NCBI GenBank assembly: GCA_032718475.1
Contig: JAUCBJ010004610.1
Coordinates: 12,640-76,639 of the forward strand
DNA: 64,000 nt
Direction: 5' to 3'
Origin: Nemertoderma westbladi
Taxonomy: Eukaryota > Animalia > Xenacoelomorpha
A program made the position numbers and the translations under genes. Shown here in pieces: positions 37,169-46,004 of this stretch. A model generated the notes under the pieces. That model made no database searches and was not told the origin of the DNA. It was given only the letters and a program-made list of their open reading frames with translations. Each line of letters opens with the position of its first letter. The first letter of the stretch is position 1.

Positions 37169-38650
37169 GTACCAGTACACTGGCTGAGTATGGCTGTTAG
37201 AAAAAGGCAGAAAGGCGCTATGCTCAACATATCTATCGTCAGGAAATCTGTCAATGCTTCTCTGATGCAGCACATCCCCTGATCTCTGAACTACCACTTC
37301 GGACATATTGCCCATCATAGCATACTGGAGGGGTAGGCTGTATAATAGGGTGGAGTGAAAAATGTAATTTTTGTCGTACCCCCTTGGAAGTGTGGGAAAA
37401 AACGGACCTATATATCAAATTAAAATCAGCCAAATTTGATCGAGATCTGTCAAGGGGATCATCTGTCATACTCAACTTATATTTTTCAACTTTTGGGCAC
37501 ATTTTGGACTATATTTGTGCTTTTGTGGTCTCTAGCAAAATTTGCGTTGTAACGCTCGGATGTAAAAAAAATAGTTATAATTAGTTGCAAGCATTTATAG
37601 AACTACATATAATTCATTGGCAAAGTATAGTAGTAAATTTATTGACTAATGTGTCCCTAATGTAAACACAATTGCCATTTATCTTTCCCAAAAATGAAAT
37701 TAATTTTGCTGTGAAATAATAATGTCCCTGTTAATTTTAATTAACATTTTGTTTGAGTGGGAAATTTAAATCAAATGAAATGGTCCGTGTATAGAAAAAG
37801 GTGGATTCATCTACAGTAATTAACATACTGCAGTTCAGAGTAGGCTACAATTACACACGGACTGCCTCTGATAATAAACTCAATTATCAGTACTCAACTC
37901 AGTATCAAGCACATTTGGACTTCAATGACTTTGCAACTAGATTACGTGACAAATACAAACAGGTAATAAAAGGAGTCGATGTAAATACTGAAAAAGAATC
38001 ATTGAATACTACCCAGGATGATGACGATAACAACGAATCGAGATGCAAACCGAAACAGCCATGGGAGGTAAGTAAACATTTTACTAAACCATCCGGAAAT
38101 AGTACGCTGGAGCAATTTTTAACAAATATATATACTGAAACGTTTAGTGATGAGAACATGAAATACGTGGAAAACAATCTCTCTTCAGGAAAAGGGAGGC
38201 TCTTAGGGAACTGAAGCGGGCAATAAAGGATGATGAACAAGGAACCATTCTTAGGATACAGGATAAGGGCTCAAAACGCTTTGTTCTAACCAGTAAGGAA
38301 AATTACGTAAGTGCAGTTGAACATTACCTAGGTGACACTAATATTTTCATTAAACATAGTAATGATCCTACAGGTAAATACAAGAATAAAATAAAAGAAT
38401 TTGTTAATAAATGGAAAGATACAGTACCAATAATTAAACGTTGTGAAAAATGGCTCACAAAGGATGACGTCAAACCTGGAACTGCTTTCGCGAATGTGAA
38501 GACACACAAACCAAACTGGCCATTAAGGAATATTTTATCGGCCTGTGGGACAGCCTCAGAGAATCTGGCCGTTTTCTAGAACATTTTTTAAAAAATTTTG
38601 CCACTGCACATAAAGCATATCTCAAAGACACACACGTCATCTAATAAAAT

Positions 38651-41600
38651 TCAATCAATTTAATATCAATTTAAACATAATTATAGTATATAAATATTAT
38701 ACGTAATGAAGATAGAGAACATTTATTAGTCTTATAAAATAATCATCATAATAATCATAAATCTAAATATATACGAGAAGTAAGTTCATTAGGGAAACGT
38801 TTAAGTCCGGGGTCGGATTGAGTTAGATTCCTAGAGGAATTCCGGCACCATCGTCAACCCCAATGCTGCGCCATTTGGTGCGAGACGATCTGAAGCAGGC
38901 GCACGTAGCCCTTAGGACGCCAAATGACATACGTGCCCTCACCCAACCCATGACACAGCTGTAGGGCTTCATCCATTTCGTTGACAGCCTGTCAGCCAGT
39001 CTCTTCAGTGTCATGGAGTACTCTGGGCCGAGAACACCATCCACCGACACCACGAGCGGGGTAAAATCTGCTTGGCGAAGGGTGCAGGCGTCATGATATT
39101 TTGACTTTTTCTGAGTCTCCGCGTCAATTAGTATGGATGATATGGAGCGAGCCACATACGAGGGGGCGTCAGGGTCAACGACCCGGACATCAAATAACGC
39201 CCTTCTCTGTGGCTGCCAGTAACCTCTCACTGAAAGATCAGCCCGCAGACCCACCACACCATTCTCCTCATTTGCCTCCCGGATCACTGGCTCCCTCATG
39301 ATGCAAGACTCTGGGAATGCCAAACCGAACAGGTCCCCCTGGGTGTCCCTAACCTCGTTATGGCGTAGAGTCACCAAGCCCCCCTTTTTGCAGTCGAGTG
39401 CATGTGTTAATGAAAACGCATCGCCGCATCCGTCACACCTTGCGGGCGCACCCACTAAAGGACGTCCATACCGGAGGGACAAACCATCTCTGAATTCGTT
39501 GGCAGACAAATCAAAGTGGTTGCGTGCAACTGGGGCAACCGTAAGCCAGCCTGATGTGCGTTCCGAAACAGCCCGTTGGATTGTTCTGATCCTTTCTGGC
39601 GTAAAACTGTGAATCAAATTATCATGTACTTCTTCTGATTTTGCATGCTTCCATAGCCGGAGGTTGTGTTGGGCTGTCTTCTGACAACTCTGGTGGTCTG
39701 TGAATGAGAATTCAATTTCTCCCTTGATTGCTGCAACTGCTAATGCAGTACCCTCCCGTGAGGTTTTGTAGGACTGTGCTGCTGTCTCAACCGGATTACG
39801 AACTGACAGTCCACCAAAACGAGTTGGCTGTGCGAATAAGTCTCGCTCTGAAGGCGTTACCGGACCCCCAAGGATAGCTGGAACAAAAGTGTCTGCTACC
39901 ATTTTCTCGATCGTTGCATATGGTGTTGGAGCTTCTCTAGTATCAATCGGAACGACTCGCTGAAGATAGTCCCACTCACATTGGAGGCTCCTGGTGAATG
40001 CAGCATACGCTGCCTGTGGATGGTTGACAGCAACCCCTGAGAGTCGAGCTACTGCCTGTTCCCATCTGGCTACCTTCAACGAGATGAAATCCGCCTGAAG
40101 AGTAGCATCCCCAACGAATCCCCCAAGAGTGCGGGTACCCTTCACGATTCCACGTCCATTCACCTGTATCCCAAGGTCACGAAACAACTCTCGTGCCATA
40201 GAAATATCGCTATCCTCAACTACCAAAAGACACTTATCTGGCTCAGGGTAATAACCATATGAGGGGCCCAGTTTAGTGAGGAGAATGAACCAGTCCCGCA
40301 AGGCTGTCAATGCAGCAGCATTCTGCGCATCGTCGGCATACCATACTTGTGTCCATATGTCAGGGTTCTTCAGCTTTATAATTAGTGGGAACACAGAAGA
40401 AGCATAACCCAACATCGCGAGAGGGTCCCCCTGAGTGAAGCCTTCCCTGCTGAGAAGGATTACCAGTCCCTGTTTACCACGGACAATCAGATAAGCGTAA
40501 CCCCGGTACGTGTTGAATAGGAAGCGTGAGCATCGAGGCCAGAGAACACGAATATTCCAGAGGGCTGTCACTCTGTTTACCGCATTAAAAGCATTACTCG
40601 CATCAACAAGTAAAACACCCCAGCCGTCTCCCTGGTGACCCTCCCATAGGTCGCGGACAGCGTGAACAGCAGCTTCAATTCCTGCAGAAAGGCCGCTGCA
40701 CAACTGGTCTGTTCCACACAATTGCTGTACATCAATCCGCGTCGTCTCAGCCATGCATTTACCAAGAACTCTCCGTAATGCCTCGCCAACTCCAATTGGG
40801 CGTACACCCGGACACTTATCCAGGGCAATTAATCTACATGCCATGAGTGCCCGAATTGATGACCATTCCACCACTTGATTAGCCAACCTGCGTACTAAGC
40901 TTGCTACAGCCTCTCGCAGGCGGGAACTGGCTGTTGCTCGGTAGAGAAGCATGTCCTGCCAGTGCAGAGCATCTGCTCCACCAGGACCCGCACCCCCATG
41001 AAGACTTCGGGCCACTGCCTCAACGTGGTTGGCTGTGATGTCAACGTTCTCTAACACCGGGAGCTCCTTGTTCAGATTGTGTAAACTGTCCATTGATGGA
41101 GGTGTTGGGCAGGGATGTTTAGCCTGGAGAATATCCAGGACCCGTTTCTTTTCCCCCTTCACGTCAATCTCTGCCTGAACGTCCAATACCCCACCCTGGT
41201 CACGCTCTGTGAACCATCGGACAGCATCCCGTTCGCGCCCTTGAAGAATAAGGCGTGTAAATACCCGTTCCCTGTGGTTCTGCTCGTCTGCTTTGCTTAC
41301 AACACGTTGACGTGTGAACCCTCTCTGGCACCGATCCATCTCAACTAGCAGCTCACTGTAACTTTCCTGTTGCCACAGTTCAATATGGCGTTTCAGCAAA
41401 CGGCGGATGTCCGCCCCTTTAACTACCTGCTTGTCTCGTTGTAGCATGACAACCTCAAATACCATGAGACGTTCAGAATTGACTCTCCCGTTTGAAAGAG
41501 CCTCCACTTCAGCACACAGGGTGGTAGAGTAAAGTCTGCCGACTGCGCCACCGGGGACTGTGTAAAGGGAAGCTTGATTGGTCGTGGCTCGGCGCCAGAA

Positions 41601-42298
41601 GGACTGCCATGGATCACCCCCAATAGGATCTGGGTCACCACCATCACTGTGGAGTAGGCAAGCACCAAAAGCACGTTGCATCAGCGCATCAATGTCAACT
41701 TGGGTTGAGGGAGAGACTTCTGGATCTTCCAGGGTTATACATCCGTCATCATAGATTGGGACCTCAATTATAGTCGAGTCAAGAATTGAATGTTCCTGTT
41801 CGAAGGGGGCATCTTTTATTGTCTCACTAGCGCACTCATCCATTAAAACAACATTGTCAGGAATCACGGCGTTGGTATTGACATTCTGTACCCGGACCCG
41901 CCATGCATTAAGATTGCGACACAAGCCATTAGTAGATGGTTGGCAGTCTGAACAAAATGTGTTTTTCTTCCTGCACTTACAGTTTAAGCAGGAACCTGAT
42001 CTACACGAACAACAATGCTGGCTTTGGCTCATCTCCATTCCAGTAGACTGAATTATTACTTATTTAAATTAATAAATTTGTATTCCTCAACTTAGCTATT
42101 TTTTTTTTTTTTCAAAATAATTAATAAACTAAATTTAACAATTTATTATAAATCGTATTTTTGTGGCAACAATTACGAAATAGCTAGTAATTAAAACAAA
42201 ATTAAACCTGGAAATTTACTCTGAAAATTTAGTCACACTCCTCTTATTCAAAATTCTAGAATCCAATTACTATATGGATATAATTACTATATATATAT
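38651..42298 (-). mobile_element. Full-length CRE-clade (RLE) non-LTR retrotransposon
   Basis: 16-bp TSD cgtcatctaataaaat at 38635-38650 and 42299-42314; single long ORF. Confidence 0.88.
38823..42038 (-). CDS. RT + restriction-like endonuclease, 1071 aa
   Basis: N-terminal Cys cluster; LIALDKCPGVRPIGVGE, QGDPL, YADD; CDGC...H...C knuckle, RHNEVRD, RADL...FDVRV...KKSKY endonuclease motifs. Confidence 0.93.
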   Translation of the reverse strand: MEMSQSQHCCSCRSGSCLNCKCRKKNTFCSDCQPSTNGLCRNLNAWRVRVQNVNTNAVIPDNVVLMDECASETIKDAPFEQEHSILDSTIIEVPIYDDGCITLEDPEVSPSTQVDIDALMQRAFGACLLHSDGGDPDPIGGDPWQSFWRRATTNQASLYTVPGGAVGRLYSTTLCAEVEALSNGRVNSERLMVFEVVMLQRDKQVVKGADIRRLLKRHIELWQQESYSELLVEMDRCQRGFTRQRVVSKADEQNHRERVFTRLILQGRERDAVRWFTERDQGGVLDVQAEIDVKGEKKRVLDILQAKHPCPTPPSMDSLHNLNKELPVLENVDITANHVEAVARSLHGGAGPGGADALHWQDMLLYRATASSRLREAVASLVRRLANQVVEWSSIRALMACRLIALDKCPGVRPIGVGEALRRVLGKCMAETTRIDVQQLCGTDQLCSGLSAGIEAAVHAVRDLWEGHQGDGWGVLLVDASNAFNAVNRVTALWNIRVLWPRCSRFLFNTYRGYAYLIVRGKQGLVILLSREGFTQGDPLAMLGYASSVFPLIIKLKNPDIWTQVWYADDAQNAAALTALRDWFILLTKLGPSYGYYPEPDKCLLVVEDSDISMARELFRDLGIQVNGRGIVKGTRTLGGFVGDATLQADFISLKVARWEQAVARLSGVAVNHPQAAYAAFTRSLQCEWDYLQRVVPIDTREAPTPYATIEKMVADTFVPAILGGPVTPSERDLFAQPTRFGGLSVRNPVETAAQSYKTSREGTALAVAAIKGEIEFSFTDHQSCQKTAQHNLRLWKHAKSEEVHDNLIHSFTPERIRTIQRAVSERTSGWLTVAPVARNHFDLSANEFRDGLSLRYGRPLVGAPARCDGCGDAFSLTHALDCKKGGLVTLRHNEVRDTQGDLFGLAFPESCIMREPVIREANEENGVVGLRADLSVRGYWQPQRRALFDVRVVDPDAPSYVARSISSILIDAETQKKSKYHDACTLRQADFTPLVVSVDGVLGPEYSMTLKRLADRLSTKWMKPYSCVMGWVRARMSFGVLRATCACFRSSRTKWRSIGVDDGAGIPLGI

Positions 42299-42639
42299 CG
42301 TCATCTAATAAAATGGATTCAACAACAGAATAAAAGATTTGCCCCCTTTCCCACTTCAGCAAAACTTATTTCTGTAGACATTACAAACTTCTTCCCTTCA
42401 GTGGATAACAATGACATAATGGGTATTGCAGCAGTTAGGAGAACAATTACGGAACACCCAGATTTATTACTAGAAGACTCTCCCCCAGTAGAATGTTTGA
42501 CTGAAGCTCTAGAATTATGTTTAAATTGTAATAATTGTAGTTTTAATGGAAAACATTACACACAAGTGCACAGTGGGCCAGAAACCCTGTTTTGCGGCCA
42601 AAATTCATTATTTCTAAAAATATTCATGATTTGAGCACA

Positions 42640-43530
42640 ATTTTTAACCTGTAAGGGTTTTCGACAGCGGCGAATCTTCTGAGATGGGTTTCAAATTCTC
42701 AAATGGTAGCTTTGTGCCATTTCTGGCACGTGCCAAAATCGGCATATTTGGCAAACACAATAGACACAGGCAGAATGGCACAGATTTCGGTTTCACAAGG
42801 TTTAACAGGGTGCTGAAGCGTTAACAAATGGTTTCAAATTCTCTAGTACCGTAGAAGTGACTTTTGAGCTTGTGGCACATGGCACATGTGTTAAGAATGG
42901 CACAAAATATCAAAATCTCTATTGCTTCATAGAAATGTTGCATTTTCGGTATTTATAGGTTTTCAAAGGTGGTGATTAGATTACAAATTGTTTCGAATTA
43001 TCTAGTGGCACATAGGTGCCACTTTTTAGCATTTGGCACATGTGTTTAGCATGGCACAAAATATCAAAATATCTATTGCTTCATAGAAATGTTCCATTTT
43101 CGGGATTTATAGGTTTTCAAAGGTGCTGATTCGATTACAAATGGTTTCGAATTATCTAGTGGCACATAGGTGCCACTTTTTAGCATTTGGCACATGTGTT
43201 TAGCATGGCACAAAATATCAAAATATCTATTGCTTCATAGAAATGTTCCATTTTCGGGATTTATAGGTTTTCAAAGGTGCTGATTCGATTACAAATGGTT
43301 TCGAATTATCTAGTGCACATAGATGCCACTTTTTAGCATTTGGCACATGTGTTTAGAATGGCACAAAATATCCAAATCTCTATTACTTCATAGGAATGTG
43401 CCATTTTCTGTTTTTATAGGTTTTCAAAGGTGGTGATTAGATTACAAATTGTTTCGAATTATCTAGTGGCATATAGGTGCCACTTTTTAGCATGTGGCAC
43501 ATGGAATATCTGTTTAGCATGGCACAAATT
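42640..43530. repeat. 154-bp tandem array inside Transib
   Basis: ggcacatg unit marker at 42881, 43035, 43189, 43342, 43496. Confidence 0.85.
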
Positions 43531-43683
43531 ATCACACACAAATTTTCAAAGCTTTTGATGCGATTATTTTGACATGTTCCATAAAAGTGGTACAATTTCC
43601 TGCAAACTTAGTAAACTAAAGTATTTTTTCAGCATTGAGCTCTGCCACGACGTCAACGTGTTGCAGGGAGACAGAGTTTGACT

Positions 43684-43928
43684 TTTTGTTTGACCTAAGG
43701 CTGGAAGCCAAAAACCAGAATGTTGGAGTCTTATTGGATCCCAAGCAAAGTGCATACTATATGTGCTATTGGCTTTTTGTTTGACCTAATGCTGGAAGCC
43801 CAAAACCAGAATGTTGGAGTCTTATTGGATCCCAAGCCAAGTGCTTACTATATGTGCTATTGGCTTTTTGTTTGACCTATTGCTGGAAGCCTAAAACCAG
43901 AATGTTGGATTCTTACGGGATCCCAAGC
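43684..43928. repeat. ~90-bp tandem repeat (3 copies) just 3' of the Transib ORF
   Basis: tttttgtttgaccta...ggatcccaagc recurs three times. Confidence 0.85.
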
Positions 43929-43946
43929 TTATCAGTATACTAAATT

Positions 43947-46004
43947 TTAAAATATTTTGTCAACATCAAATGGTTTCAGAAGATGTAACACATCTTCAGG
44001 AATTGCAGTCCTTTTGATGTTGTTGGTAACGTTACGTAGTGATGAGATATATGGGTCTGATGAACAAAGCAATCGGTTCATCAGATCACGGTTCGTATCA
44101 ACCCTTGAAGATTTCCGCGAGAAACACTCTCTGAACCTCTTGAAATCTTTGTTTCGAGCTTCCTGTGCCTCTTCACTATACATGCCTATTGGCAAGGACA
44201 AAGATTTAATTGCAAGGTGTCCATGGATTAGGACCTTATGCATTGATTGTGGCATGTAGTACCATGGAAAAAGGGTTACATAACGTCTAGCTGTTTCAAG
44301 GGCATATTCTTGAAATTTGTCAGCATCAACATCGAAGCCACAACAAAGAGAAATTAGGATGATGTGCAGTCGATCTAGGAATGATTTGTCAATGCCAACT
44401 ATTCTGGCAGAGACCTCAGCATTTTGGAATACCCTTCTTGCTGTATTTCCATCATTGGAAGTACCAGAGCCACCAGATTTGGGTTGATCTATGATTAACC
44501 CAAGTTCAGTATGAAACTGGTCTTGGATCAGTGCTTTCTCCGTTTTCATAATCTGCTTTGCAGTTTTACCCCTAACAGACCATACTTTAAGTGTTCTTCT
44601 GTAAGCTATATGCAGCAAGCATTCCAGAAAACGGATCCACTGATGAAGTGTGGAAAGACCATGGTGGTACATGGAGTTCTTTTCTGTGACTTTTCTCTTC
44701 AACAGAAGGTCAATTTCATTCATAAATGAAGGTGTGGCGCCACACAAAGAACAACTTTGGCTGCTGTCAGTCATATCAGACAGCGCGGTGTGTACCTTGC
44801 CATCTATCATTGTTACATCAATGATGTGCATTACTGAGAGCTTAGACAGAGAGGTATCAGCAGGGATGACTTCACTACAGCTTGATTTTACATCAGCTAT
44901 CTCTTTAAATAGCCTCTCTTGCTCATCGGTGATTCGCGTTTCTTTGGTATACTCGAAGCGAACTGGTCTACAATATAAGGTAGACGAAGGATGGTGGTTT
45001 CGCCATACAACCTTATGATGTGGGCTGCATTCTGTAAAAGCTCGGAGTTCCAGTGGAACCAAGCATGTAATAAATATGGATGAGTCATCAGCAAAGTTTG
45101 CTCCAGAACTTGGAAGCTGTTTGTATGAGGACTGTCCAGTGCTCCCATCAAAACCCACCTTGCTTCGCAACACCATTCGGCAAATATCGCCCGTATTAGT
45201 GATGATTGAGTGAATTACTTCACTACTAGTGTCACAAATACGTTTGGTGGTATGGTCAAGCAGGTTTTGCAATGGGACAGATGCCTGATAATCCTGGGAA
45301 ATTATTCCTAATGGGTAACACCTATTTTTGGCTTCCCGGACGTGATTGTATGCTGGGTAGATGTTGACACCCTTAGAACATGCTTTGTTTCTGATTATCT
45401 GGTATATTGATTTACTTAATTTTCCATCGAGCATTAGTGCAAGAGCTTCATCATCAGAATATACTACAGATGATTCGGGCTCGGTAGAAACATGCTTGAT
45501 TATTTCAGATGTACGTTTTCTACCTTCAGCTTTCAAGGAAGCTGCAGTTGCTGCGACAAGAGCAGGAGTTTTAAATTCCGATGTTATTTCCTGTACTCGT
45601 CTGCGTTTCGTACGATCTGAAGCTTCCCCAAAGTCTATTGTTCTTCTACCTGATTTATTTTTGCGAGAAAAATAATTATTTTCTCCCGCCTCAACACTCA
45701 TATGATCTTGCTGATGTTGTTGTTGCTGAGGTGTAACTGGCGATGGTAAACAATCACCTTCAGCTACAAAGGTCGAATGAAGCCATGCATAATTTTTATT
45801 TTCGAATTTAGACAGGATTCGACATGCTGATTGCCACTTAGCTCTGTACTTTATTAAGAATGTTCTAAGAATTTTACCAACTTTCAAAGATGAGGCAGAT
45901 GGGTTCTGCTCCATGACAAAATTTAAAAGAGCATCAAATTGAGTAATTGGGGATTTTCCCTCTAGGTTGGACCTGATATAATTATGTAGATCAATACGCA
46001 ACAT
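43947..46004 (-). CDS. Transib transposase (RAG1-core homologue), 685 aa, uninterrupted
   Basis: GFDGSTGQSSYKQ, TMIDGK, SEEAQEARNK (D-D-E triad); CSLC and HKVLIH zinc ligands; NDGNTARR; PSSTLYCRP. Confidence 0.95.
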   Translation of the reverse strand: MLRIDLHNYIRSNLEGKSPITQFDALLNFVMEQNPSASSLKVGKILRTFLIKYRAKWQSACRILSKFENKNYAWLHSTFVAEGDCLPSPVTPQQQQHQQDHMSVEAGENNYFSRKNKSGRRTIDFGEASDRTKRRRVQEITSEFKTPALVAATAASLKAEGRKRTSEIIKHVSTEPESSVVYSDDEALALMLDGKLSKSIYQIIRNKACSKGVNIYPAYNHVREAKNRCYPLGIISQDYQASVPLQNLLDHTTKRICDTSSEVIHSIITNTGDICRMVLRSKVGFDGSTGQSSYKQLPSSGANFADDSSIFITCLVPLELRAFTECSPHHKVVWRNHHPSSTLYCRPVRFEYTKETRITDEQERLFKEIADVKSSCSEVIPADTSLSKLSVMHIIDVTMIDGKVHTALSDMTDSSQSCSLCGATPSFMNEIDLLLKRKVTEKNSMYHHGLSTLHQWIRFLECLLHIAYRRTLKVWSVRGKTAKQIMKTEKALIQDQFHTELGLIIDQPKSGGSGTSNDGNTARRVFQNAEVSARIVGIDKSFLDRLHIILISLCCGFDVDADKFQEYALETARRYVTLFPWYYMPQSMHKVLIHGHLAIKSLSLPIGMYSEEAQEARNKDFKRFRECFSRKSSRVDTNRDLMNRLLCSSDPYISSLRNVTNNIKRTAIPEDVLHLLKPFDVDKIF

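Noticed and set aside
43947-46004. Calling this RAG1 or ProtoRAG
   Set aside because: No RING/zinc N-terminal region and no RAG2-like ORF; length and motifs fit Transib.
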